Below, one piece after another: positions 19,467-30,257 of a DNA stretch of 64,000 nt (its first letter is position 1; each line of letters opens with the position of its first letter). Position numbers and translations under genes: made by a program. The DNA is from an uncultured Lachnospiraceae bacterium (lineage in GTDB: Bacteria; Bacillota; Clostridia; Lachnospirales; Lachnospiraceae), in NCBI GenBank assembly GCA_910586355.1, contig CAJUHJ010000001.1:69615-133614 (forward strand). The letters run 5' to 3'. The notes below the pieces were generated by a model. It did no database searches, was not told the origin of the DNA, and worked only from the letters and a program-made list of their open reading frames with translations.

Positions 19467-20876
19467 ATGGATGAGTGTATGGAAGGATTTGAAAATCAAG
19501 ATGGATATCAAAACCAGACAGACTACTATTCCTATGGACAAACGAAAGATACAGTAACGATGGATGCGAGTGGCGAAAAAGACCCAAAAGACGGTTCATA
19601 CAGGCCGTACGAAGAGCCGGAAAAGAAAAAAAGACAGAGCAGTGGATGGGGAAAGAAATTGTTAAAAGCTGCGACATTGGCGGCTTCATTTGGATTGGTT
19701 ACAGCAGTTTCTTTTGGCGGTATGATTTATTTTTTTGGAATTGTTACTGGAAGCGGTCCATTGGTGAAATCCGAGAAGATCCATAAGTCTGGAGATGATT
19801 TATATATTGCAGAAACAACGGAAATGCCGGAGATTATTTCAAATCAACCAGATTTGGAAGAACTGCCTGTGGGAGCCGTTACAGATGTATCTGATATTGT
19901 AGATCAGGCGATGCCCTCGATTGTATCCATTACTACGATTTCAAGATCGCAGATACCTGGTTTTTTCTTTGGCGGAGTACAGGAATATGAAAACGAAGGT
20001 TTTGGTTCTGGAATTATTATCAGCCAGGATGAAGAAAATTTGTATATTGCTACCAATAATCATGTAGTGGAAGGCGCGCAGACATTGACAGTTGTTTTTG
20101 CGGATTCTTCTACGGTCAGCGCAAAGATAAAAGGAACAGACCAAAGCAGTGATCTTGCAGTGATTAGCGTAGCGTTAGAGGATATTGAACAGGAGACGAA
20201 AGACAGTGTCCGAATGGCAGTTTTTGCCGATTCATCCAAGCTTAAAATGGGACAGGAAGCAGTTGCAATTGGAAATTCGCTGGGATATGGGCAGTCCGTT
20301 ACAACTGGCGTAATCAGCGCTTTGAATCGGGAAGTGAGCGTTACGAATGAGAGAGACGGCAGTATTATCACAAATGAGCTTTTACAGACATCAGCGGCGA
20401 TTAATCCTGGAAACAGCGGCGGAGCGCTTTTGAATATGAATGGTGAAGTCATCGGCATTACATCTGTAAAGTATACGGAAACGAGCGTTGAGGGCATGGG
20501 CTATGCCATTCCTTCCCAAATGGCAATCCCAATTGTGAAACAGCTGATTACCAGAGAACTCGTGCGTGGTTCGGATACGCCTTATTTGGGGATTTCGGGA
20601 GTAGATGTTACAGATAATGTGTCGGATAGTTATAGTATGCCAAAAGGGGTATACGTAGCCCAGGTCGTAGAGGGAAGCAGTGCAGATGAGGCTGGTTTGA
20701 TGCGCGGGGATATTATCACCAAATTTGACGGACGGAATATTAAATCTATGGAGGAAATGCAGGAATTGATGCGGTATCTTCCGGCCGGTTCCTCGGTAGA
20801 GGTGACGATTCAGCGTGCAAAAAACGGCAAATATGAAGAACAGACATTAGAAGTGCTGCTTGGAGCAAAAAAATAG
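19467..20876 (+). CDS. htrA: HtrA-family serine protease with PDZ domain
   Basis: TM anchor; GSGIII, TNNHVV, DLAVI, AAINPGNSGGAL; C-terminal PDZ. Confidence 0.9.
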   Translation: MDECMEGFENQDGYQNQTDYYSYGQTKDTVTMDASGEKDPKDGSYRPYEEPEKKKRQSSGWGKKLLKAATLAASFGLVTAVSFGGMIYFFGIVTGSGPLVKSEKIHKSGDDLYIAETTEMPEIISNQPDLEELPVGAVTDVSDIVDQAMPSIVSITTISRSQIPGFFFGGVQEYENEGFGSGIIISQDEENLYIATNNHVVEGAQTLTVVFADSSTVSAKIKGTDQSSDLAVISVALEDIEQETKDSVRMAVFADSSKLKMGQEAVAIGNSLGYGQSVTTGVISALNREVSVTNERDGSIITNELLQTSAAINPGNSGGALLNMNGEVIGITSVKYTETSVEGMGYAIPSQMAIPIVKQLITRELVRGSDTPYLGISGVDVTDNVSDSYSMPKGVYVAQVVEGSSADEAGLMRGDIITKFDGRNIKSMEEMQELMRYLPAGSSVEVTIQRAKNGKYEEQTLEVLLGAKK

Positions 20877-20885
20877 TAAATTTTG

Positions 20886-20930
20886 AGAAAGCTGGTATTA
20901 GATTCTTTATGCCGGCTTCTTTCTTTTTTT
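20886..20930 (+). terminator. intrinsic terminator
   Basis: aagctggtat / atgccggctt stem with G-U pairs, then a T-rich tail. Confidence 0.6.
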
Positions 20931-20982
20931 GAAAAAATGTTTTATAATGGGGGACATATTTAAGATAAAAGGGTGATAGGAT

Positions 20983-23295
20983 ATGAAACGATATATGGGA
21001 ATGTTGATATTCTGTGTCTGCCTGTTTTTTTCCAGCGTTGTCTATGCGCAGGAAATTTTACATAAAGAGTGGGAAGAAGAATTTGAAGTTCCGGAAATAT
21101 CGGAAGAAATAGAAGCTTTGATTGGAAGTTTGGAATATAACAGCGCAAAACAGAAAGAACAAGAGAAAATAGAGTTGTACCGTCTTTTAAATAAGGATAT
21201 GGCGTTATCTTCTTATAAAAATGGAGCTCTGGCAAAAATTTATGATCCAAGGAATTTAGGAGCCGTCACACCGGTGCGTAATCAGCGTTATAATACTTGC
21301 TGGGCATTTTCTACACTGGCGGCTGGAGAGCAGTCTCTTCTTTTAAAAGGCTATTCAGATGTGGATTCTCTTGACTTATCCGAAGCGCATTTGTCTTATT
21401 TTTTCTATCATCCGGTTTTAGACCCTTTAGGTAATACAAAAGGAGACGGCAATTTTAATATTTCCTTGGCGAATTTTTTAAATGTAGGTTCCAATACGAT
21501 ATTTTCCACGTTTGCATTGGCAAACTGGGTTGGCGCGGCAAATGAAGCGGCAGCGCCTTTTGAAAATTTGAATGAGAAGACGGTCTATAATGAGTCATTG
21601 GCGTATGCGAATGAGGCTCACCTTCAAAATGCGTATTGGATTAACTTTAAAGATATTGACGCAGTAAACATTATAAAACAGATGATTTTAAAGTATGGGG
21701 CGGCGGCGATTAATCTTTATTTTGATTACAGCTATTTTGACGGAAGCCGCGCAGCATATTATTTCCCTTTGGACAGCAGCCAGGCCAATAATCATTCGGT
21801 AACGATTGTGGGCTGGGACGATACGTATTCTAAAGAAAATTTTAAAGAAGAATTCCGTCCGTCCGGGGATGGCGCATGGATTGTGAAAAATAGTTATGGG
21901 GAAGACTGGGGAGAGGAAGGATATTTTTATTTATCCTATGAAGACAGCGCCGTAAATTCTGGAAATACCAGCAGGAATCGTGCCAGGGCATATGTGTTTG
22001 ATTTTGAGCCGGCGGACAATTATGATTATAATTATCAATATGACGGATCGGCCGGGGCATATAACGCTACGAATTCCGCAAGTACGCTGACTAAAATTGA
22101 CAGTAAAGAGTCGATTGCCAATGTTTTTTCGGTGAAAAAGAAAGAGAATGTTCGCTGCGAACAGTTACAGGCGGTTTCTTTTGCTCTGTTTGATACGGCA
22201 GTTTCATATAGTATTCAGATTTATAAAAATCTGACGGATATATATAATCCAACTTCCGGAATCAAACAGCTTTCGGTTCCGGTGACCGGGAGTACCAGTT
22301 ATGCGGGATATTATACAATACCTCTTCCGGTTTCTGTGCCGTTAGAGGAAGGGGATACATTTTCGGTTGTCATTACATTAGAAAAAGAAAGCGGTGGCCA
22401 GGTAGAATTTTTTATAGATAAGAGTTATCAAAATGGAAGTTGGGTTGCTTTTACAAATGAGGTCGAGGCAGGGCAAAGTTTCCGTTCCCAAAAAGGAATA
22501 TGGGAGGATATGGCAGGGCATGGGGCGACCATAAGAATGAAAGCCTTTACCGTTGCAGAAGCAGAACCAGCCGCAGAGTGGATTTCACTGAATGATCTGC
22601 AAAAAGATGCAGATGGATATTATACCGTAACTCTTTGGCTGGACGATACATATACTTTAAAACCTTCTGTTTTTCCGGTTTCAGCAAAGCAGACGCTAAA
22701 GTGGGATACATCGGATGCTTCGGTTGTCACTGTGGATGCGTCGGGCAGTTTACATCCGGTTTCTGCCGGGACTGCTGTTATTACAGGCAAGGCAGAAGAT
22801 GGCAGCGGTGTTTTTGTAAGCTGTAAAGTAACCGTCCGCCAGAAGGCCGGACAGATTGCCTTAAGCGTATCTTCTTTGGAATTGGAAAAAGGAGAGAAGG
22901 CGGCGATTGGCGTAGAGTTTTTGCCAAAAGGATCAGAGCAGCAGGAGATTTTATGGAAATCAAGTGGTAAAGCGGTGTCCGTAGATTCCTCAGGAGTAGT
23001 AGAAGCGCTTCGGAAGGGAAAGGCAAAAGTAACAGCGGTTTTAAAGTCAGACGAGAGCATATTTGCAGTTTGTACTGTAAACGTAACAGAAAACCGAAAG
23101 GAATTAAAGCAGGAAAAACCGACCGCTGCTTTAAACCAAGAAGAAAGGGAAGCGATTGAGCCGAACGGCGTATCGCATGTGACAGCAGCAAAAAGTGCAA
23201 AGACTCTAGATGTTTCTGGAATTAGAATGGGATTTTGGTTTTTGATACTTCTGTTTGGTTTTTGGCTTTTAAAAAAGGGGCGCGGGCAGAATTAG
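20983..23295 (+). CDS. secreted papain-like (C1A) cysteine peptidase with lectin-like and two Ig-like (Big_2) domains and a C-terminal anchor
   Basis: Signal peptide; VRNQRYNTCWAF (Gln/Cys), NHSVTIVGWDD (His), WIVKNSYG (Asn); W-x-S-S/T Big_2 repeats; C-terminal TM and basic tail. Confidence 0.85.
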   Translation: MKRYMGMLIFCVCLFFSSVVYAQEILHKEWEEEFEVPEISEEIEALIGSLEYNSAKQKEQEKIELYRLLNKDMALSSYKNGALAKIYDPRNLGAVTPVRNQRYNTCWAFSTLAAGEQSLLLKGYSDVDSLDLSEAHLSYFFYHPVLDPLGNTKGDGNFNISLANFLNVGSNTIFSTFALANWVGAANEAAAPFENLNEKTVYNESLAYANEAHLQNAYWINFKDIDAVNIIKQMILKYGAAAINLYFDYSYFDGSRAAYYFPLDSSQANNHSVTIVGWDDTYSKENFKEEFRPSGDGAWIVKNSYGEDWGEEGYFYLSYEDSAVNSGNTSRNRARAYVFDFEPADNYDYNYQYDGSAGAYNATNSASTLTKIDSKESIANVFSVKKKENVRCEQLQAVSFALFDTAVSYSIQIYKNLTDIYNPTSGIKQLSVPVTGSTSYAGYYTIPLPVSVPLEEGDTFSVVITLEKESGGQVEFFIDKSYQNGSWVAFTNEVEAGQSFRSQKGIWEDMAGHGATIRMKAFTVAEAEPAAEWISLNDLQKDADGYYTVTLWLDDTYTLKPSVFPVSAKQTLKWDTSDASVVTVDASGSLHPVSAGTAVITGKAEDGSGVFVSCKVTVRQKAGQIALSVSSLELEKGEKAAIGVEFLPKGSEQQEILWKSSGKAVSVDSSGVVEALRKGKAKVTAVLKSDESIFAVCTVNVTENRKELKQEKPTAALNQEEREAIEPNGVSHVTAAKSAKTLDVSGIRMGFWFLILLFGFWLLKKGRGQN

Positions 23296-23393
23296 GGAAA
23301 ATTAAGGAAATCCTAAAAAATAGCGGTATTGTGGAATAAATTAGTTTGTGATACAATTTTTATATCTAGGTCAAATCTGAGGAGGAAATATCC

Positions 23394-24326
23394 ATGAGAA
23401 AGAAAAGGATTGTGATTGCATTAGGACATGAAGCATTGGGAACAACATTGCCGGATCAAAAGACTGCGGCACGAAAGACAGCCAAAGCTGTTGCAGATTT
23501 GATTGAAGCAGATTATCAGGTAGTCATATCGCACAGCAATGGGCCGCAGGTAGGCATGATTCATACGGCAATGTCGGAATTTTGTAAATTGTACCCAGAA
23601 TATACAGCGACTCCGATGTCCGTATGTTCTGCTATGAGCCAGGGCTATATTGGTTATGATCTGCAAAATGAGATTCGCACAGAATTATTGAACCGGGGTA
23701 TCTATAAAACAGTATCTACCATATTGACGCAGGTGTGCGTAGATCCCTATGACGAGGCATTTTATCATCCTTCAAAGGTCATAGGACGTGTTTTGACAAA
23801 AGAAGAATCAGAAGCAGAAGAAAAGAAGGGAAACCATGTAGCAGAGGCGGGAACTGGTTACCGGAGAATTATTGCGGCGCCAAAGCCGATGGATATTGTG
23901 GAAATTGACGCAGTGCGGGTATTAAGCGATGCAGATCAGGTAGTGATTGCATGTGGCGGAGGCGGAATTCCCGTTTTGATGCAGGCGAATAAACTCAAAG
24001 GTGCAAGCGCAGTAATTGAAAAAGATCTTGCAGCGGGGAAATTAGCAGAACTTTTAGATGCAGATATGCTTGTAATACTGACTGGAGAAGATAAAGTGTG
24101 CCTTCATTATAATACTGCGGAAGAGCAGCCTTTGGATACGCTGACGACAGCGCAGGCAAGGGAGTATATAGAATCAGGAGAATTTGAAGAAGGTACGATT
24201 CTGCCAAAGATACAGGCGGCAGTAGATTTTATTGGAGATTCAGCAGTGAAAACGGCATTGATTACCAGATTAGACAAGACGCGGGAAGCAATGTCAGGCA
24301 AAACAGGAACGATTATTCATAAGTAA
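23394..24326 (+). CDS. arcC: carbamate kinase
   Basis: RIVIALG, SHSNGPQVG, SQGYIGY, IACGGGGIPV, VIEKD, LPKIQAA. Confidence 0.88.
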   Translation: MRKKRIVIALGHEALGTTLPDQKTAARKTAKAVADLIEADYQVVISHSNGPQVGMIHTAMSEFCKLYPEYTATPMSVCSAMSQGYIGYDLQNEIRTELLNRGIYKTVSTILTQVCVDPYDEAFYHPSKVIGRVLTKEESEAEEKKGNHVAEAGTGYRRIIAAPKPMDIVEIDAVRVLSDADQVVIACGGGGIPVLMQANKLKGASAVIEKDLAAGKLAELLDADMLVILTGEDKVCLHYNTAEEQPLDTLTTAQAREYIESGEFEEGTILPKIQAAVDFIGDSAVKTALITRLDKTREAMSGKTGTIIHK

Positions 24327-24347
24327 AGTAAGTAGGAAGGGATTTCA

Positions 24348-27317
24348 ATGAGAAAGATAAAAAGATTGATTGCATGGGCGCTGACCTGTGTACTTTTTCT
24401 GACGACAGGAAACAGCCATGTATTTGCAGCATCATTAGAAGGAATGAATCAAACGAAAAATCCATTGATTAATTATCTGACGATAGACCAGCCTTTTTTG
24501 ACGGCTCCGGGAACGCAGATGGTTATGATTGGAATTGGAGACGGCAGCGTTGCGATAGATTCAGCGGCGTTATCCTATCAAAATCAGGAGACAGGCGAAA
24601 TTTATGAGGTTCAGACAGAAGAGATTTTGGATGATTTTGTTGTGTTTCAGATGGAGTTTACAGATGAAAGCCAGGAAGGAACATATCAGTTAGAATCTTT
24701 TTCTTATACAGCAGAAGAAATTTGGGAGGAAGTGTTCTTTGACGAAATCGGAATCCAAGCGGCGTTTGGTGTAAATAAAAGAGCAGATACGGAGCCGGAT
24801 GATGTATTTTTATCTGAGGAAGACGTAGAAGCGCTGGCGGCAGAAACAGAGATGAGTATTGTATCTTTAGACGGAGAGGGCAATCCAACTTCTGGAGAAA
24901 CAATCGAAGAAGCGATGGAAAGCGCTGGCTGCGATACTTTAGATGAAGGACTTTCTGTTTTAAAAAAGGGAGCGGGCAGTAATGGAGTAGATGCAACCGG
25001 CATGAGCAGCCTTGTCGTTGTATTAGATCCAGGGCATGGCGGTTCCGATCCCGGCACCCAGGCCAACGGAGTCGTTGAGAAAACGGTAAATTTAAAAATT
25101 GCGCAGTACTGCCAGGCAGAATTAGAAGAATATGCCGGCGTTACCGTTTATATGACTAGAAAAGACGATACATATCTTTCTTTAGCGCAGCGCGCGCAGG
25201 TGGCAATTAATAAAAAGGCAAATGTATTTGTCAGTCTTCACAACAATGCCAATACAAGTCCAATTCCAAATGGAGCGAGCGTGTATTATCCGAACTCTAG
25301 TTATAATGCCAATTGTGGGGCGACAGGGCAGGCATTGGCGTCTGTGATACTTTCTAAACTGACAGCGCTTGGCCTTGCAAGCAAAGGAATATTAATCCGC
25401 AATTCGGAAAACGGCACAAAATATCCGGACGGCAGCCTGGCAGATTATTATGGTGTAATTAAAAGATGTAAAGAAAATGGGATTCCGGCATTGATTGTAG
25501 AACATGCTTTTATTACAAATGCGAATGACGTCAAAAATCATCTGAGTACAGAGGCGCAGTTAAAACAACTTGGCGTTGCGGATGCAACTGGAATCGCAGA
25601 ATATTACGGTTTAAAAAAGGGACTTGGGTTTAACAGCGTCCAATCAAAAAGCAGTACGACAATGGAACTGAAATGGACGCCTGTAATTGGCGTTACTGGA
25701 TACTGCATTTACCGCAGTACATCCAGCGGAGAGGGATTTGAAGAAATCGTCCGTGTGAAGCCGGCTACGATTACGACATGGGAAGATAAGGGACTAACTC
25801 CTGGAATGACGTATTACTATAAAATACGTACTTATACAGAAACAAGTTCCAAAATAAAATATGGCAAATACAGTACGACCGTTTCTGCTTCCACAATGTC
25901 AAGCCCTAAGATTTCATCCATTAAATCAAAGAACAGCAAAGAACTTGTGATCAGCTGGGCGACGATTAATAATGCGGCAAATTATGAAATTTACCGTTCA
26001 ACGAAAAAACACGGTACATATGAAAAGATTGCAACAGTTGCCGGAGTCAACCGTGTAAATTATAATGATACAAAGGTAAAACCGGGAAAGAAATACTATT
26101 ATAAAATACGTTCGGTCGGGCAGGTGGATAATACCACAATTTACAGTGATTACAGCGTTCCCGTTCCTGCAAGGACTGCAAAAGTACCGACGGATATTGC
26201 AGTAAAATCATGGGCGACGGATACGCTTCGCGTTTCATGGACGCCGGATATAAACGCATCTGGTTATATCATTAAGCGCGCTGAATCTGTAAATGGAAAA
26301 TATACCAAAATAGGAACCGTAGAAGGCGGGGCTTTAAAATATTACGACGATCGTACGGTAAGCCCCTATAAGACTTACTATTACAAAGTACAGGCGTTTA
26401 ATCACAACAATAAAACAAAGGGTTACAGTGGTTTTAGTTCTTCTGCGTATGGAAAAACCATTAAGAAGACGTCATTTACAAAAATAGTCAGCAATTCTGC
26501 TACAAGCCAGACGATTAGCTGGAAAAAAGCAAGCGGTATTAACGGATATGTAATTTATCAGAGTACTTCAAAAAATGGGAAATATAAGAAAATTAAGACA
26601 ATTACGTCGGCGAACACCACTTCTTATAAAGTAACCGGATTAACTGCCGGCACCAGGTATTATTACAAAGTCAGGACAAGAAAAAAAGAAAAGGGCAAAA
26701 CCGAATATGGTTCTTATACAAAACCGCGTCAGGCATGGACAAAAGCAAAAACCGTCCTTACATCTGTGCAGGGAGTGACAGGCAGCAGCCTGCAGGTTTT
26801 CTGGAATCCGGTAGGAGGGGCAGACCATTATGATATATACCGGGCGGCCTCTTCACAAGGACAATATACAAAACTTGCGACGGTACCTGGTTCGGAAGTA
26901 AGTTACATAGATAAGGGTCTTGATATGACGGCGGCATACTATTACAAAGTAGAAGTATTTATCAAAGGATATAAATCCGTAGTAAGCGGCGGAATGGGCA
27001 ATGTTTTGTCCGGTTCGCCGGTGTCCGCAACAATGATTACCTCTGCTGTTGAGAATGGGCAGGGATTGCCAGAGTTGACATGGGTTCCAGTGAAAGATAT
27101 TAAAGGATATCAAATTTACCGCAGTACCCAGGCGGACAGCGGATTTACATTGATTGGTACGGTATCAAATGCAGATACAGACCGTTATGTAGATACTTCG
27201 GCGTCTGGAGGTATGAAATATTATTATAAAATTGCGTTGTTCAATGAATACAATAATAAAACAGTTTACGGCAGCCAGTCTGCGGCAGTGTCGATTACCC
27301 TTTCGGCAGCGCCGTAA
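24348..27317 (+). CDS. N-acetylmuramoyl-L-alanine amidase (Amidase_3) with multiple FN3-like repeats
   Basis: VVLDPGHGG, EKTVNL, FVSLHNN, IVEHAF zinc-amidase motifs; repeated Y-x-IYRS...YYYK(I/V) domains. Confidence 0.88.
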   Translation: MRKIKRLIAWALTCVLFLTTGNSHVFAASLEGMNQTKNPLINYLTIDQPFLTAPGTQMVMIGIGDGSVAIDSAALSYQNQETGEIYEVQTEEILDDFVVFQMEFTDESQEGTYQLESFSYTAEEIWEEVFFDEIGIQAAFGVNKRADTEPDDVFLSEEDVEALAAETEMSIVSLDGEGNPTSGETIEEAMESAGCDTLDEGLSVLKKGAGSNGVDATGMSSLVVVLDPGHGGSDPGTQANGVVEKTVNLKIAQYCQAELEEYAGVTVYMTRKDDTYLSLAQRAQVAINKKANVFVSLHNNANTSPIPNGASVYYPNSSYNANCGATGQALASVILSKLTALGLASKGILIRNSENGTKYPDGSLADYYGVIKRCKENGIPALIVEHAFITNANDVKNHLSTEAQLKQLGVADATGIAEYYGLKKGLGFNSVQSKSSTTMELKWTPVIGVTGYCIYRSTSSGEGFEEIVRVKPATITTWEDKGLTPGMTYYYKIRTYTETSSKIKYGKYSTTVSASTMSSPKISSIKSKNSKELVISWATINNAANYEIYRSTKKHGTYEKIATVAGVNRVNYNDTKVKPGKKYYYKIRSVGQVDNTTIYSDYSVPVPARTAKVPTDIAVKSWATDTLRVSWTPDINASGYIIKRAESVNGKYTKIGTVEGGALKYYDDRTVSPYKTYYYKVQAFNHNNKTKGYSGFSSSAYGKTIKKTSFTKIVSNSATSQTISWKKASGINGYVIYQSTSKNGKYKKIKTITSANTTSYKVTGLTAGTRYYYKVRTRKKEKGKTEYGSYTKPRQAWTKAKTVLTSVQGVTGSSLQVFWNPVGGADHYDIYRAASSQGQYTKLATVPGSEVSYIDKGLDMTAAYYYKVEVFIKGYKSVVSGGMGNVLSGSPVSATMITSAVENGQGLPELTWVPVKDIKGYQIYRSTQADSGFTLIGTVSNADTDRYVDTSASGGMKYYYKIALFNEYNNKTVYGSQSAAVSITLSAAP

Positions 27318-27354
27318 ACAGTTTTAGAACGATTATAATAATAGGAGAATTAAG

Positions 27355-29067
27355 ATGAGAAAAGTATGGAATCGATGTTTACTGTTGATGGGAATATTAT
27401 TTATTGCAGTTTGCGGGCCAAAGGATAAAGTGTCTGCAGCTGTGGGTTTTCAAGTATCCGCTACGGCGGTTTCCAGCAGTAAAATTCAGATTACGTGGAA
27501 TGTATCAGAAGATGCGGATCGTTATGTGGTTTACCGAAGCAATACGTCTGATGGGAATTTTCAGAAAATAACAGAAACCTTTCAGGCTTCCTATAAAGAT
27601 TCTGCAATTCGCCCAGCGGCAAATTATTATTACCGCATTGTTCCTGTCAGCAGAGAAACCGGAGAAGAAATGGAACATGAGGCTGGAGCTGTTAAGGTCA
27701 AGACGCCTGCAAAAGTATCCATCACGAAAATTCAGGTGAAATCATCGAATAAGCTTAGGATTTCATGGGAAGCATCTGCCGGCAGCAGCGGCTATCAGTT
27801 GTTTCGTTCGGACAGCGAGGCCGGAAGATATACAGAAATTGCCCGTATAGATGGGAAGATGACCTGTTCGTATACGGATTCACAGATAACGCCGGGAAAA
27901 GTGTATTATTATAAAGTGCGTCCTACAAATCAAAAACACAGCGGCGTAGGCACTTTTTCGCCGGCGAAGAGAGGCAAGACAATCGGCCAGGCTTCAATTG
28001 TATCGATTCGTTCCCTGTCGTCTAGTAAAATACAGATTACATGGAAAAAAGTAAACAATGCTTCTAATTATGAAGTATATCGTAGTACAAGTGAAAAAGG
28101 CAGTTATAAAAAGATTGCTTCTTTAAAAAACAATGCAAGAAGTTATACCGACCAAAGTGTAAAAAGCGGTAAAAAATATTATTATAAAATTGTTGCTGCA
28201 GGAAGTTTTGACGGGTCGCGGATTACTAGCGGATATTCTGCCGCAGCATCGTTTCGGGCATTGCAGCAGGTGAAAATTTCCTACATAAAAGTAACGACAG
28301 ACGATGGACTGAAAATCAAATGGAATAAAGTAGCGGGAGCTACAAAATATAAAATTTACCGTGCATCTTCCCAGAAAGGTTCTTACAAACAGATAGCAAC
28401 TGTAAAAAATGGTTCTGTGTTGAATTATACAGACAAGACGGTAGTTTCTGGTAAAACATATTATTATAAGGTGCAGGCGTATTCCGATGCCAAAGGCATT
28501 ATTATTGCAGGAAATGGCAATAAATCAGATCCAAAAGGCGCATCCACCGGCTATTCCATTATGGGGAATACGACTGTAACCGCAGATCAGATGGCAGGAC
28601 TGTTTGCCGCTTCCGGCAGAAAATATCCGGCTAATATTTACAAGGATAAAGGCGCAAAAAACATTCAAAAATTTTGCGAAATAATCATAGATGAGAGCAA
28701 AAAAGAAGGCGTGCGCGCAGAAGTGGTGTTTGCCCAGGTCTGCCTGGAAACGGGGTACTTGTCATTCGGCGGGCAGGTGAGCGCCGAACAGTGTAATTTT
28801 TCTGGTTTGGGCGCAACGGACGACGGAGCCAGCGGAGCAGTTTTTCCCAGTGTAAAAATCGGCATACGCGCACAGGTGCAGCATTTAAAAGGGTATGCTT
28901 CCACAGAAGACTTAAATGGAGAATGTGTTGATCCAAGGTTTATTTACCTTACTTCTATGCGCGGAATTGCCAAAAATGTACAAGACTTAGGCGGCGGCAA
29001 ATGGGCGACAGATCCGGCATATGCAATGAAACTGATGAATTTAATAAAAGAAATGAAAAAATATTAA
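27355..29067 (+). CDS. FN3-repeat autolysin with C-terminal glucosaminidase (GH73-like) domain
   Basis: Four FN3-like repeats; FAQVCLETG, NFSGLGA, AQVQHLKGYA, WATDPAY. Confidence 0.85.
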   Translation: MRKVWNRCLLLMGILFIAVCGPKDKVSAAVGFQVSATAVSSSKIQITWNVSEDADRYVVYRSNTSDGNFQKITETFQASYKDSAIRPAANYYYRIVPVSRETGEEMEHEAGAVKVKTPAKVSITKIQVKSSNKLRISWEASAGSSGYQLFRSDSEAGRYTEIARIDGKMTCSYTDSQITPGKVYYYKVRPTNQKHSGVGTFSPAKRGKTIGQASIVSIRSLSSSKIQITWKKVNNASNYEVYRSTSEKGSYKKIASLKNNARSYTDQSVKSGKKYYYKIVAAGSFDGSRITSGYSAAASFRALQQVKISYIKVTTDDGLKIKWNKVAGATKYKIYRASSQKGSYKQIATVKNGSVLNYTDKTVVSGKTYYYKVQAYSDAKGIIIAGNGNKSDPKGASTGYSIMGNTTVTADQMAGLFAASGRKYPANIYKDKGAKNIQKFCEIIIDESKKEGVRAEVVFAQVCLETGYLSFGGQVSAEQCNFSGLGATDDGASGAVFPSVKIGIRAQVQHLKGYASTEDLNGECVDPRFIYLTSMRGIAKNVQDLGGGKWATDPAYAMKLMNLIKEMKKY

Positions 29068-29097
29068 TGGTAAACCGTCATTGCGGAGGTGAAGGTA

Positions 29098-29982
29098 ATG
29101 TCTGGGAAAAAAAAGCAGGAAGTCGAATTTCAATATTATGAAATTCCGCATGGAGAGCGTCTTTTGGCAGTTTCAGGTAAGGAATTGGAACAGATACACG
29201 GCAGGCAGCATTTTCATAATTTAATGGAAATTGGCTATTGCGCGGCAGGAAGCGGTGAAATTGTATTCCATGGAATGAAAGTGCCTTATAAAACTGGTAT
29301 GATTACAGTAATTCCGCAGAATGTCCCTCATTCTCTATTCGGGTTTTTTGATAAGAACCAATGGGAATATCTGTTTTTAAATCCAGAGGAACTATTAAAA
29401 GAGTTTTACCCGGACAATTCAATGTTTGCAAAGAGAATATTAGATCATGTAAATTTAAAAGAACAGTATTTTGCGGCAGGTGAGCATAATTCGCTTGCCG
29501 CATTGGTTTGTATGATAATAGAAGAATTGAAGAACAGGGGAAATTATTCAGGAGAATATGTCAGAGGGCTTTTGCTTACCATGCTGATTACGATTGCAAG
29601 AAGAGGGATGGAAGTTCTTGGGACGGCAGAAGATTATAAACAGCAAAGCGGGATAGGACAGATTACGGGCGCATTAGAATATATTGACAAGAATTATATG
29701 GAAAATATTAAAATGGGACTGCTTGCAGCAGAATGTAATTTAAGTGAAACACATTTTCGCCGTTTGTTTGCAGAATATATGAATATGACGCCGTCTTCCT
29801 ATATTAATTTAGTCAGAGTACAGCGAGCCTGCGGGTTAATGCAGAAAACCAGATATTCGATGGAAGAAATTGCAGAACGGGTGGGGTATCCGGCAGTTTC
29901 GACGTTTAACCGGAACTTTCGTAAAATTATAGGCACATCACCATATCAATTTAAAAAATGTAGTGAGAATTGCCAAATGTGA
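29098..29982 (+). CDS. AraC-family transcriptional regulator
   Basis: N-terminal cupin (HFHNLMEIG); C-terminal double HTH (LSETHFRRLF...VGYPAVSTFNRNFRK). ATG at 29098 follows GGAGGT; the track uses GTG 29089. Confidence 0.9.
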   Translation: MSGKKKQEVEFQYYEIPHGERLLAVSGKELEQIHGRQHFHNLMEIGYCAAGSGEIVFHGMKVPYKTGMITVIPQNVPHSLFGFFDKNQWEYLFLNPEELLKEFYPDNSMFAKRILDHVNLKEQYFAAGEHNSLAALVCMIIEELKNRGNYSGEYVRGLLLTMLITIARRGMEVLGTAEDYKQQSGIGQITGALEYIDKNYMENIKMGLLAAECNLSETHFRRLFAEYMNMTPSSYINLVRVQRACGLMQKTRYSMEEIAERVGYPAVSTFNRNFRKIIGTSPYQFKKCSENCQM

Positions 29983-30109
29983 TTTTAGAAATAAAAGCTT
30001 TCTGGCAGAAAAATTTGGCAAAATAGATAAAAAAAAATAAATTTTTTGTACAAAAAGTAAATTCAATTTTAATAGCGGTTGAATTTGCTTTTTTTTTGGT
30101 TGAATATAG

Positions 30110-30139
30110 TTGCATTTTAGGGCTGAAAATTGGTATAAT
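30110..30139 (+). promoter_or_regulatory. sigma-A promoter of the ABC transporter operon
   Basis: TTGCAT (30110-30115), 18-bp spacer, extended TGgTATAAT (30131-30139). Confidence 0.6.
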
Positions 30140-30257
30140 GCACATATAAACAAAATGGAAATAAACATATGTGTATATCACACACAATAGCATCTGGCCA
30201 GATGTATTCCAAATTTCCTGTTTATGACTTAACAAAAGTTTTTGGGAGGAAACAAGA

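Noticed and set aside
30140..30257. Riboswitch in the ABC operon leader, or upstream of metH
   Set aside because: No SAM, cobalamin or T-box consensus recognised by eye; an Infernal/Rfam scan would be decisive.
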